IMG/VR virus record: IMGVR_UViG_3300046788_000223
Span: 1-56,323 of that record
Length of the DNA stretch: 56,323 bases
Origin: a virus
Reading direction: 5' to 3' (one strand)
Position 1 is the stretch's first letter. The number at the start of each line of letters is the position of its first letter. Shown here piece by piece: positions 26,732-35,877 of the stretch. The notes under the pieces are model-generated. The model did no database searches, had not been told where the DNA came from, and saw only the letters and a program-made list of their open reading frames with translations. Made by a program: the position numbers and the translations under genes.

Positions 26732-27208
26732 TTAGTCCTTTACCGTGCTGTTCTTAAAAATAGGGGCATCCTTCGTGTTGCCCCGGACGAACTTCGCCAA
26801 CTCTGGATCAGTCTTGTCTGGGCCTGACATTGCGGCGGCCTCAGCCTCTTTGAACTTGCGACGCTTTTCCTTTGACCAGGCTCGCTCGTCCTTGGTCATG
26901 GGAGGCGGAACGTCGGCGCCCATGTAGGGAAGCCTATTGCGCTGGCAAAACTCATAATTCCTGTAGTTGGGCTTGTATTCGCTGGGATCGACCTCGCGGC
27001 AACCGGAGCGCGCCAGATCCTCGCGCCTAGCGGCCCTGCCCTCGATGACCTTGCCCGTCACGGGGCTCTTGTAGGCTGGCAGATCCCCTCTGACGTAGGG
27101 CATCGGCAGATTGCTCATCTTGGCTGCTACCTCGCCATACTTCTTGGCGTAGTAGAGCGCTGACGGAACCAGCTTGCCGTCTTTGGGATCGAACACGTAG
27201 GAAGTCAT
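26732..27208 (-). CDS. Hypothetical head-module protein
   Basis: 158 aa, basic. Its stop abuts the scaffold gene start. Confidence 0.55.
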   Translation of the reverse strand: MTSYVFDPKDGKLVPSALYYAKKYGEVAAKMSNLPMPYVRGDLPAYKSPVTGKVIEGRAARREDLARSGCREVDPSEYKPNYRNYEFCQRNRLPYMGADVPPPMTKDERAWSKEKRRKFKEAEAAAMSGPDKTDPELAKFVRGNTKDAPIFKNSTVKD

Positions 27209-27214
27209 TTCCCC

Positions 27215-27772
27215 TCACATCAGCAGCATTAGGACTTCTTCGTCGTCTTCCTCGAGCGCTTTAAGGCGCGCCAATTCGCGTTCTCTCGCTTGCTGCTGCT
27301 CAACGGCGAGCTGGCGTCCCCGCAGTTCATGCTCGATGGCCAGACGTTGGTTGTGGGCATCGAAGCGCTGTTGAGCGGCCCTAATCTGCTGCTCAAACTG
27401 CCGAACCGATTGCTGTAGGTCCGGAAGATTGAGGCTGCGACCCTCACCAACAAGCGCGCCGGCAATCTGTTGACTAATAATGCCCGCCGTCTTAATGACT
27501 GCGGCGGGCCGGGGTGCGGATACCTCTTTAGCTTCTTCCTTGACGCCGTTGACGGCGTCTTCTATCGACTTGTCTAGACGCTCAAGGGCTGCTCTTCGCT
27601 CTTTTTCCTTATGGGCATTGACGGCATCCATGTGCCGCCACATGCGCTCGAAATCGACCGAGCGCCGACGCCTTGAACCGCCAAATGGTCCGCCGCCACC
27701 TGACCCAAGCCCGCTACTGCTGGTGCCTGATACAATCGCGCCTGACGAAGTGAAAAGAAGCAGCAATGACAT
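27215..27772 (-). CDS. Hypothetical coiled-coil protein
   Basis: 185 aa. Gly/Ser-rich N-terminus, then a charged helical region. Confidence 0.5.
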   Translation of the reverse strand: MSLLLLFTSSGAIVSGTSSSGLGSGGGGPFGGSRRRRSVDFERMWRHMDAVNAHKEKERRAALERLDKSIEDAVNGVKEEAKEVSAPRPAAVIKTAGIISQQIAGALVGEGRSLNLPDLQQSVRQFEQQIRAAQQRFDAHNQRLAIEHELRGRQLAVEQQQARERELARLKALEEDDEEVLMLLM

Positions 27773-27779
27773 TTGTCAG

Positions 27780-29081
27780 CTACAATGTCTGAATAGCAGT
27801 AGCAACGATGCTCGCAACAATCGCATATCCCGTATCATTGAGATGGGTCTTATCGGCATCGTAATAAGTCGTGTCGTCGCTATCCCCGAAATCCCCGATA
27901 CGATTGTCGGCGGCCACGTCCGCAAGAGCATCAGCGTAGCTTGTATAGTTGGCCCTAATAGAAGTATTTACGGTTTGCCTGTCGGTCTCAAAATTCGCGT
28001 AAAGCCCGCCATTCGATCTCGGTAGGCATGTCACGGCAACTACCTTGTATCCAGCGCTGCGCACATCTGAGCACCAGCTGGAAAAGTCGCTAATCACAGT
28101 CGCAGCGTTCTGAGTATTAGTCAGATCGTTCGTAAGTTCCCACAGAACGGCGACGTTGCGGGAGCGATGTGATCCGTACTTATTTTTAATCTGAACTTGT
28201 GCGTCGGCCGCTCTCTGCGTGGTCGTCTGGCCAGGCACACCAAGATTTGTGTAGTCCCAGCTGCCTGCTAACAATGCAACGCATTGTGTTGGATAATAAA
28301 ACGACGGACCGCTGGCTCCGTTGCCGGCTGTAAGAGAATTGCCGTCGAACTTGATCTGTTGTGTCGCGGAGTAATCGAGGGCGTATTTCCCTCGCAAATA
28401 TTCCGTAACAACTAGATGTTCGGCATCAGTGAGGGTGCGGTTATATGCAAGAACCTCAAGCACCTGTCCATTCCAAGTGAACCCACCAGCGCTAAAATCT
28501 CCAATTGTAAAGGCCCCAGACAGAAGCGTATTGCCGCTAGATGATTGGCTGACCGCCGTATATTGATTAGTGGGATCATAGACGGCCAGCTTTTGTGTCG
28601 AGCCGTCGTAACGGAATGCATGCAGATATCCTGTAGTCGGCATAGTGTTAAGAATGGTTTGGGGCGTAGAAAGGTTAGATTGCGTGGTGATTACTTCGTT
28701 AAGTGAGCCGCAATAAAGTCTATCGGATTGGTTGGAAATCCACACCTGCAGAGCCGCATTTGCTGTCGCAACGACGCCATAGACCGACAGCGAAGTATCG
28801 AAACTGCTATCAAGGAAGCTTGTCGTTACGACCTTGTTGCCAGCTGTTACGAACTCAACCCCGGCTTTTCCGTTAAGAACGCTCGCGCGATACACAGGCG
28901 TCCCGCTTGCGGTGCCGGTGCGGCCGTTCCCGGAGAGGTCTGGCCAAGTCGTGACTGTATCGCCGTCGCTAAGGCCTCTTATGCTATCTCCGGCACACCA
29001 AAAGGCCAGATTTTGAATAGTCAGAGGCAGCGCTCGGCTGTCCTTCCGAGCCAACAACGGTGTTAAGACCTGAGGAATCAC
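27780..29081 (-). CDS. LamG/concanavalin-like domain + SGNH/GDSL-type esterase domain protein
   Basis: N-terminus WPDLSGNGRTGT...VLNGKAGVEF is LamG-like. The C-terminal half has FDGNSLTAG (block I), LWELTNDL (block III) and DKTHLND (block V). Confidence 0.5.
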   Translation of the reverse strand: MIPQVLTPLLARKDSRALPLTIQNLAFWCAGDSIRGLSDGDTVTTWPDLSGNGRTGTASGTPVYRASVLNGKAGVEFVTAGNKVVTTSFLDSSFDTSLSVYGVVATANAALQVWISNQSDRLYCGSLNEVITTQSNLSTPQTILNTMPTTGYLHAFRYDGSTQKLAVYDPTNQYTAVSQSSSGNTLLSGAFTIGDFSAGGFTWNGQVLEVLAYNRTLTDAEHLVVTEYLRGKYALDYSATQQIKFDGNSLTAGNGASGPSFYYPTQCVALLAGSWDYTNLGVPGQTTTQRAADAQVQIKNKYGSHRSRNVAVLWELTNDLTNTQNAATVISDFSSWCSDVRSAGYKVVAVTCLPRSNGGLYANFETDRQTVNTSIRANYTSYADALADVAADNRIGDFGDSDDTTYYDADKTHLNDTGYAIVASIVATAIQTL

Positions 29082-29836
29082 TAGGATGCGCGCCCTTGGA
29101 ACCCGCGAACTGTTCCTATGATCGTCGTACTATTGGCGCTAGGCGTGAACGCATCCTCGGCCACATATTGTATGAATAGGGTCTTAGCTCCGCTAGTTGG
29201 CTTGGTGACAAAAAACCCACCAGCAGGCGTGTAATTGGCATCTCGGAAGCTAGGCACGAGGCGGCCGACAGTCCCGTCGCTAAACCCCGTCTCCAACGTT
29301 CCGACGAATGTTCCAACGTAGCCATTGACTTTCTGACTATAAGCTGCGTTGTCGCCACCGCCTACGCCGCTTGAGGCGGTCGGATCAGCGTTGAAAAGGT
29401 TAGCCCTTAGCCTCTTTCCTGCCAGCCCTGTGTCGGTGCTCTTTATGAGAATGTCGCAGATTGTCAACGGATCATCGTTTGTGTCTGATACAGTTGCAGA
29501 CAGCGCCGTAACGCTGCCAGCCGTGCCGTTGTCGCTGATGCTGTCGTTTGCGGTGTACGCTGTCGTATTTGCTGGCCGCGTAAGCGTCGAAAAGACGGCA
29601 ACGAAACTCTTTGGGCTCATTCCAATGGGCCAAGTCTGATTTGGCCCAACGGAAACAACTAACGCCGGATCGCTTGCGGCGGGCGTCGTGGAGGCATCCT
29701 TTACCGCCGCCACTCCCGTGTTACTACTGGGGTCGCCAATGACGACGACCTGGCGATGCTGGCCATTGGCCGACTCGGTCCGGGTATCAATCGATGTTCC
29801 GCTGCCGGCCGTGATGTTAACTGATGAATCAGCCAT
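29081..29836 (-). CDS. Hypothetical virion protein
   Basis: 251 aa, Thr/Ser/Ala/Gly-rich. Follows the portal gene. Confidence 0.5.
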   Translation of the reverse strand: MADSSVNITAGSGTSIDTRTESANGQHRQVVVIGDPSSNTGVAAVKDASTTPAASDPALVVSVGPNQTWPIGMSPKSFVAVFSTLTRPANTTAYTANDSISDNGTAGSVTALSATVSDTNDDPLTICDILIKSTDTGLAGKRLRANLFNADPTASSGVGGGDNAAYSQKVNGYVGTFVGTLETGFSDGTVGRLVPSFRDANYTPAGGFFVTKPTSGAKTLFIQYVAEDAFTPSANSTTIIGTVRGFQGRAS

Positions 29837-29872
29837 TTACTGACCCTCGATTCCAATTGCTTGATAGAGCCA

Positions 29873-32548
29873 TTAGGCGCCTTCAATCCCTACTGCACGG
29901 CCATCTGGGCCTCGGATGATTACGCCAACGCCGTCCTCAGATTTGACCCCTACAGCCTTGCCGGTATGGTCGCGGATGAGGGTGCGCGGTCCCTTGGGCT
30001 TCTTGGCTGTAGCCTTGGCGACCTCTTGAGCAACGTGGGCCTGGATGTGGTGTGGCACAATCGCCGCCGCCAGCTCCTTGACGATCTTGTCAAAGCGGCT
30101 TGGCTGTGGCGGCCCCGCAGGCGGCTTAATGCCCTTGCCATCCTTCTTGGGTGCTTGCTGACCATCCGCCAGTAGTGCTTGCCATTCCTGCTCTGAATGC
30201 TGCATCTCTCGCTGGTGCTGCAGCTCGTGCGCCTTGGAGACGGCTTCCTTTTCCATCTTCACGAGATCGGAATTGTGCTCGTATTCGGCCAACGCGCGTT
30301 CGTGATTGAACTGAGCCACTTTCATGGCTTGATCATGCTGCTGCTGCTGGGTCTGCAATTGTGCCTGCACTTGAGCCTTGAACTGCTCAAGCTGGGCGCT
30401 GTTCTGCATGTCCTGTTGTTTCAATTGCGCATCAGAGGCTGCTTGCTGCTGGCGCAACTGCATATCGGCTTGGGCTTGTTGCGCTTTGAACTGCATTTCC
30501 TGATCGGCTTGCTTCTGCTGCGCCTGGAGCTTGAGGATTTCTGGGTTGGGTTGCGGAGGAGGCGGATTGAGCGCTTCCTTAGTCGCCTCGGCGCTCATGC
30601 GGCTTAGGGCGTCCTCGGCCTGCCTGCCCAGCTTGAACTTGCGGGCGAATGCCGAGAAGATGTCCATTGCGACATCTTTTTTGATAAATCCACCCATAAC
30701 TGCAGGCCCCATTGCCTGCACAAACTGAGCCGTAGCCTGGACGAACATATTGGCTTGGTTCTGGGACGCCTGAACGTCGCCCTGGATCGTGCTATCTGTT
30801 TCGACATCGATCCGATAGGAGCGCATTACTCCTGATTTCAGGGTCTCGAGGACATCCTCCCAGCTTACCTTGTTGGCGAGGTCTACCAGCTGTTGGGGCG
30901 GTTGCTGGGGTTGCGGAGGCTGCGCGGGAGGGCCGCCTTGGGGCTGCAGCGCGACCGGAGCCCCGTTCTGGCCAGGTGAGGGAGGACCTGGCTGTGGCGG
31001 CCCTCCCGGCTGGGCTGGCGGCGGTCCGCCATTCTGCGGAGGAGGCAGCATTGGCCGCCCCATTGGCGGCGGCATCATCTGTGGTGGAGGCGGCTGCTGC
31101 ATCATCTGCAGCTGCTGCTTTGCCATCATGACCTGCTGACGCGACGGGAGATTGAGGCCCGTCATCATCGAGAGGTTGTTGGAGTCAAACAGATTGCATG
31201 CTATCTCGGCCTTTAGGCGGAACAGCTCCCGACAGAAGCGCTGAACGTCCTTCTGGCCCTCCTGCATCCGCATGGTGCCCCATTGGGCCTTAATCTGTTG
31301 GGCGCCTAGGGTCTCGCTCGGATCGGTTTGGCCGCGCATGATGTCAGCGAGGCCAGAGACTTCAAAGATGGTCTGCTTGATTGACTCGCGCTGAGTGTAG
31401 AGCTGCTGGAGCACAGCAATCAGCTGGTCGATCGGCATCAACCAGACGAACTTGTCAATGCCGCCAGCCTCGATCAGCGCGCTAAGCTCTGAGCCCTCCA
31501 GAGTTGGGACGAGTTCGCCATCAACGGCTTCCTCGAGACGTTCAAACGACGGAATGGCGGGATGTCGGACGCCGCGCCATTTGCACACCCTAATCAAGGC
31601 TTGGATGCGGATGGTAATTTCTTCGAGCTCATCAACCAACGGCTTGATCTGCCGATAGGGGCAGACCGGAACCATCGTGGACGAGGTCCGGATCGCGTAC
31701 AACGGTTCCGGGACCGGATAGAACTGCATCAACCCAAGCGGATCTTGGTCGAGCCGAACCGGCCCAGCCGAATAGCTTGGTGCAATCCAGAGGATCTGGC
31801 GCGATCCCTTGTCCCAGATTTCCCAACAGCGTCCGCGTTTGAAGACGTTGGGCGCTACATCAGGCTTCAGGTTGGCCGGCTTGCCAGCTCCATCGGATAG
31901 AGAGATATCGAGCTTGATGCTTCCCCCGATCTTGGGGTTCAGCTTCATGAATTGGTCGCGGTTTAGGAAGTGCTCGAATGCGATCCATGATGCATCCGGC
32001 CACGTTATGGCTGGGCCATGAATGAAGTGCTTCCAGGGCACATGCTCGCAGACGACTTCCTGGTAAATTTTGCCCTCGTAGACCTCAGGCATATAGCGGA
32101 CGCGAGCCACGCCGCGCCCCGCTAGCTCCCTATCCTGCACAACAGCCTTAAGAACTCCGTCGAAGTTGTAGCTGTCGATGGAGTAGCTGAGCACGCGCTC
32201 AATTGCCTGCCCAGAAACCCGCGAAACCTCATCGGTCTCATTGTAGCGGGTTCGCACATCAGGCGTTGGCGTGGAGTTGTAGAGCGACGGCGCGCTCGTC
32301 TGGACGTTGCTATAGAGGATGTTGAACCGCTGATCAGTTGCGGTTTTCTCCGACCGAAAGACATCCGTTGCCTTGTCAGCCTCTTGCCGCCAGTCCTTTT
32401 CCCCGTCCTGCGCAAGCGAAATCTCGGCAAGCCAGCGCTTGACCAGGTCCTCGCTGGTCTTGTCGCTTTCTTGCTTTGACTCATAGACGCCGTCAGACAA
32501 CCCGGATGGGTTATCTGAGATGTCTATGAATTGGGAGATGCCGGCCAT
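29873..32548 (-). CDS. Portal protein with a long low-complexity and coiled-coil C-terminal extension
   Basis: 891 aa. The N-terminal half (FNILYSNVQTSAPSLYNSTPTPDVRTRY, RELAGRGVARVRY) is typical of podovirus portals. There is a PQ-rich insert and a Q-rich coiled coil. Confidence 0.75.
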   Translation of the reverse strand: MAGISQFIDISDNPSGLSDGVYESKQESDKTSEDLVKRWLAEISLAQDGEKDWRQEADKATDVFRSEKTATDQRFNILYSNVQTSAPSLYNSTPTPDVRTRYNETDEVSRVSGQAIERVLSYSIDSYNFDGVLKAVVQDRELAGRGVARVRYMPEVYEGKIYQEVVCEHVPWKHFIHGPAITWPDASWIAFEHFLNRDQFMKLNPKIGGSIKLDISLSDGAGKPANLKPDVAPNVFKRGRCWEIWDKGSRQILWIAPSYSAGPVRLDQDPLGLMQFYPVPEPLYAIRTSSTMVPVCPYRQIKPLVDELEEITIRIQALIRVCKWRGVRHPAIPSFERLEEAVDGELVPTLEGSELSALIEAGGIDKFVWLMPIDQLIAVLQQLYTQRESIKQTIFEVSGLADIMRGQTDPSETLGAQQIKAQWGTMRMQEGQKDVQRFCRELFRLKAEIACNLFDSNNLSMMTGLNLPSRQQVMMAKQQLQMMQQPPPPQMMPPPMGRPMLPPPQNGGPPPAQPGGPPQPGPPSPGQNGAPVALQPQGGPPAQPPQPQQPPQQLVDLANKVSWEDVLETLKSGVMRSYRIDVETDSTIQGDVQASQNQANMFVQATAQFVQAMGPAVMGGFIKKDVAMDIFSAFARKFKLGRQAEDALSRMSAEATKEALNPPPPQPNPEILKLQAQQKQADQEMQFKAQQAQADMQLRQQQAASDAQLKQQDMQNSAQLEQFKAQVQAQLQTQQQQHDQAMKVAQFNHERALAEYEHNSDLVKMEKEAVSKAHELQHQREMQHSEQEWQALLADGQQAPKKDGKGIKPPAGPPQPSRFDKIVKELAAAIVPHHIQAHVAQEVAKATAKKPKGPRTLIRDHTGKAVGVKSEDGVGVIIRGPDGRAVGIEGA

Positions 32549-32549
32549 A

Positions 32550-33086
32550 TTAGTTGCAGAATGTCCAGAAGAGAACCACGGTGCCGGTCAGCAAAGCAGC
32601 GGGATCGCCGGATGCCGCCCAAGCTGCCGCCGCATTGAAGTGTATGGTTTTCGTTCCAGCGACTTCCGTAACCAAGGGAACGCTAGCGGTAGGATTGGCG
32701 GTCTTGACGGTTGCCGTGCCGGTGCAGTTGGCTGCGCTTTGGCCGGTAATGATGTCCTGGAAAGTCGCAGTGCCGCTCAGAACCGAGATCGCACCAGAGG
32801 CGATGATCGACCCCAGGCCCACCGTAGGCGTGTTGGCGTTGATGTGACCTGTCGTCTGGGTGATCGCGACGCTCATATAAGCTTTGTCGATGAGCTGGGC
32901 GCCAGCGGGGAGCGTATAGAGAAGCTTGCCAACACCGAGCGACGCGCCGCCGGCTATGCTGGGCAGCGTCGTGTTGAGGGTTATGACGGATGTGTGGGAG
33001 AAGCCGCTGCCGTACTCGACAACAGTGCAGCCGGTTCCTACCGTGCCAACATTAGCTGGCGGGATGATGCCGCTGGTGCGGAGCAT
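32550..33086 (-). CDS. Hypothetical protein
   Basis: 178 aa, Thr/Ala/Gly-rich. Lies between the terminase and portal genes. Confidence 0.5.
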   Translation of the reverse strand: MLRTSGIIPPANVGTVGTGCTVVEYGSGFSHTSVITLNTTLPSIAGGASLGVGKLLYTLPAGAQLIDKAYMSVAITQTTGHINANTPTVGLGSIIASGAISVLSGTATFQDIITGQSAANCTGTATVKTANPTASVPLVTEVAGTKTIHFNAAAAWAASGDPAALLTGTVVLFWTFCN

Positions 33087-33089
33087 GGC

Positions 33090-33446
33090 TTATGACCCGT
33101 AACCAGTGGTTGCGTAAAGCGTACCGGAGCCGCTTGAGGTAATAGCGGCGACGCTCGTGACCGATGGCCCGATCTGGAAGACCTCAACGCCGCCTGGGGG
33201 GATCGGCATGTGAGAGGTTGTTGCCGTTGTGCCGCTCGTTCCGAACTGAACGAACACGACCACGGCAGTTGAGTTATAGAGCCTGACGCTAATGCCGCCC
33301 ATGTTCGAGCTGCGCGTGCCACCAACGGGGTTGGAGCTGTCGGTTGTGGCGGTTGGCAGGTTCAGGGCGCTGGTGGCCGTAACGCTCGAGACCGAGACGG
33401 CCACCGTATTGCTGCCAAAGGGGCAAAAGTTGTCAAGTGAGGCCAT
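33090..33446 (-). CDS. Hypothetical protein (start re-set to MASLDN)
   Basis: The ATG at 33446 sits 1 nt after the upstream stop. 118 aa, Ser/Thr-rich and beta-type in character. Confidence 0.5.
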   Translation of the reverse strand: MASLDNFCPFGSNTVAVSVSSVTATSALNLPTATTDSSNPVGGTRSSNMGGISVRLYNSTAVVVFVQFGTSGTTATTSHMPIPPGGVEVFQIGPSVTSVAAITSSGSGTLYATTGYGS

Positions 33447-33447
33447 T

Positions 33448-33810
33448 TTACTTCTGTCCCCTCTGCAAATAATCCTGCACGTCATGCTCCATAAGCGGAT
33501 GCTGGGTCGGATCATTCATGTAGTTGAAAAGCGTGCGCGTCGGGCTAAAGGAGCCCGGAAAGCGCCACAGCCCCTGCGCTTGCGCACGGGCATATGCAGC
33601 GTCTGGGTTCAAGATTTGGCCGCCCCATACGGTTGGCAACATCCGGGAGCGCCCGCTTGGATCGCCAGCCGTCATGCCGTATATGGTTGATATGCTGCCG
33701 TCCTGATTATGGACGCCGCCTCTCGCCAGCTCTTGCAGATGATGCTGATAGAGATAGTCCTCCGGCGTTCCCGTGAGAGCGCGGACAAGCGGTGAAGGTT
33801 CGTCAGCCAC
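33448..33810 (-). CDS. Hypothetical protein
   Basis: 120 aa. Overlaps the terminase stop by 8 nt. Confidence 0.55.
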   Translation of the reverse strand: MADEPSPLVRALTGTPEDYLYQHHLQELARGGVHNQDGSISTIYGMTAGDPSGRSRMLPTVWGGQILNPDAAYARAQAQGLWRFPGSFSPTRTLFNYMNDPTQHPLMEHDVQDYLQRGQK

Positions 33811-35173
33811 GTAGTCCCCTCTTAGCCTTGCGCTCGCGCATCTTCATCATCTCAGCCCAGGTGAGATTGGACTTGGTCTCGCCGGCCGGCGTGACTTCAA
33901 ACACGAGGGCCGTTGGCTTTGGCTTCTTGATCTCTGGCGCTTTGAGCTCGTGCCAGGCCATGGCGAGATAGCGGAAGGAGTCGGCGCAATGGCTTGACCA
34001 ATCTTGCTTAGGGTTCGATTTGAACACCTTAGCCTTCTCATCGAACTCGGCGCGGTATTGGCGAAGCGCTTCAAGGCCAAACTTGCAGCGTTCCTGATCG
34101 AACCAGCAGCGCTTGAGAGTAAGCTTTGCTGCGTGGATACCGTCCATGACTCCGTGATCGCGGACTATGTCGCAGATGCCGTGTCCCTTCATTAGGGCCA
34201 TGATCTGCTCAATTCTCGTACGCTTCATCCCCAAGATGCCTTGGCGCGCATCATGGGGGAGGAAATGCGTCCCGTAGGTGTAGCCGCGCGATTTGAGCTC
34301 GTCGGCATAGTGATCTAGGTCGAACATCTGGTTCTCATAGAAATCGATGACCCGGATTCCGCCGTGGGTCATCTGAAAGAACCAGATGGATGTGCTACCA
34401 GTTTTTCCCAGGTCCCAGCTAGTGTGGGTTGGCAATACTGGGTCAACCGGCAATTCGCATACGCGGCCCTCGCGTTCTGCGTCGGCTATTTCCTTACCGT
34501 AGTAGGCACCGATGATGGCCGCGTCGAATGAACATTCATACTCTTGCGCATACTGTTCAGGCGTCTGGGACTTGCGAGCGTCGGCCAGCTCGCTTTCTGG
34601 CAATATCCCAGTTTCTGACGCCCTTAGAAGGAAGGTGAACCATTCAGCCGGGTTTTGTTTGGCCGTTTCGTAGAGCTCGTGGAAACTGTTTCTTCCCTTG
34701 GGCGTTCCGATGAAGGTTGCCCAACCCTGACGATCAGACAAGGCCGGCCGGATGACTTCGGGCCATACTCTAGGGTCCATGTCACCGAATTCGTCGAGCA
34801 CGACCCCGTCAAGCCAGACGCCTCTAAGTCTTTCGTAGTTCTCGGCACCGTAGAGCCTGACCCTGCCGCCATTCGGGAAATCAACTCTGAGTTCGCTCTC
34901 GTTGATCTCAATTCCGGGAACTGCTGACGAGAACTGCTTGACGTAGCCCCACGCGATGTCCTTGGCCTGGACGTGGAGCGGAGCGAGGTAGGCAAATCTC
35001 GGGTTCTCAAACTGGCAGCTAAGGGCGCCCTTGATGAGTTCATTGACGGCAGCAACCGTCTTCCCGCATCTCCGGTGCGCTACGCCACAGGCCCATCGTT
35101 GCGTGCGGTTGTGGTACGCCCAGAACTGCTCGCGGGGGCTGTACGGGATAATAATCCTTTGGACGCCAGCCAT
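33803..35173 (-). CDS. terL: Terminase large subunit
   Basis: Walker A HRRCGKT, Walker B VVLDEFGD, and nuclease-type acidic motifs (SWDLGKTGSTSIWFFQ, HFLPHDA). Confidence 0.9.
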   Translation of the reverse strand: MAGVQRIIIPYSPREQFWAYHNRTQRWACGVAHRRCGKTVAAVNELIKGALSCQFENPRFAYLAPLHVQAKDIAWGYVKQFSSAVPGIEINESELRVDFPNGGRVRLYGAENYERLRGVWLDGVVLDEFGDMDPRVWPEVIRPALSDRQGWATFIGTPKGRNSFHELYETAKQNPAEWFTFLLRASETGILPESELADARKSQTPEQYAQEYECSFDAAIIGAYYGKEIADAEREGRVCELPVDPVLPTHTSWDLGKTGSTSIWFFQMTHGGIRVIDFYENQMFDLDHYADELKSRGYTYGTHFLPHDARQGILGMKRTRIEQIMALMKGHGICDIVRDHGVMDGIHAAKLTLKRCWFDQERCKFGLEALRQYRAEFDEKAKVFKSNPKQDWSSHCADSFRYLAMAWHELKAPEIKKPKPTALVFEVTPAGETKSNLTWAEMMKMRERKAKRGLRG

Positions 35174-35379
35174 TTGGTTCCGTTCACCGCTTCGTATTGC
35201 TTGGGCGGCCCAGGCTTTGAATATCTAGCCCGCACATCATCCCGTGTTTGCTTGGCCCAGAAATAGCGCCAGATGGCCAGCAGCAGCCCTGCGAAGGCCA
35301 GGAGCCCGCAAAGAACCAGGATCATCTCCAGGTGCTGAGCATTGCTGCCCTGGACCAGAAAGATCACTTGGACGCCCAC
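35080..35379 (-). CDS. Possible small membrane protein between terS and terL (boundaries uncertain)
   Basis: TM segment ILVLCGLLAFAGLLLAIW followed by a basic region. The frame runs 94 nt into terL, so this may be a shadow ORF. Confidence 0.25.
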   Translation of the reverse strand: MGVQVIFLVQGSNAQHLEMILVLCGLLAFAGLLLAIWRYFWAKQTRDDVRARYSKPGPPKQYEAVNGTKWLASKGLLSRTAPASSSGRTTTARNDGPVA

Positions 35380-35666
35380 GCGAACTCGATCTTGACCGGG
35401 CCGCCTTCGTCATCGCCAGCAATCGTGACGCCTTGGGGCGCTTTGCCGTGGCCTCTATCCAGCAGCTCTTTGATCGCGGCTATGCGCGCTGTGTCCATGG
35501 TCGAGCCAGACAGGCCCGGAATAAGCCCAGCCATAGCGGCCAGTTGTTGAATGCCGTCCGCTGTATAAACTTGGGCTAGCTCTTTGATTTCGCGCGGTAT
35601 TTTGTTCGGCACGCCTGGTTTGCGGCCGCCCGTCTTAGGTCCGCCTGGTGGTCTTCCTCGGGGCAT
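35364..35666 (-). CDS. Terminase small subunit candidate
   Basis: 100 aa. Basic N-terminus MPRGRPPGGPKTGGRKPG, then a helical region. The call rests mainly on its position upstream of terL. Confidence 0.4.
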   Translation of the reverse strand: MPRGRPPGGPKTGGRKPGVPNKIPREIKELAQVYTADGIQQLAAMAGLIPGLSGSTMDTARIAAIKELLDRGHGKAPQGVTIAGDDEGGPVKIEFAWASK

Positions 35667-35687
35667 TTATTTTCTACTTATTTTCTA
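35667..35687. repeat. AT-rich tandem 11-bp repeat directly upstream of the terS-candidate start
   Basis: TTATTTTCTAC followed by TTATTTTCTA, in an otherwise GC-rich genome. Confidence 0.6.
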
Positions 35688-35690
35688 TTT

Positions 35691-35873
35691 TCACTTCTTT
35701 GCGAGGGTTTCGGCCAACCTCTTGCGAGATGCCGCCTGCTTAAAGCTCTTGCCCTTATCGGCATCGGCAAAGTCTTGGCCTACGGATTGGGGAACGCCGG
35801 CTTTCTTGGCGAACCCTGGATCATGGGCCACGGCTTCCATAAACCTGTGTTGTTTGGCGGAGGTCGATGGCAT
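35691..35873 (-). CDS. Small DUF3008-like protein (start re-set to MPSTSAKQHRF)
   Basis: KQHRFMEAVAHDPGFAKKAGVPQSV pattern. The ATG lies 4 nt after the upstream stop. Confidence 0.5.
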   Translation of the reverse strand: MPSTSAKQHRFMEAVAHDPGFAKKAGVPQSVGQDFADADKGKSFKQAASRKRLAETLAKK

Positions 35874-35877
35874 TGGC

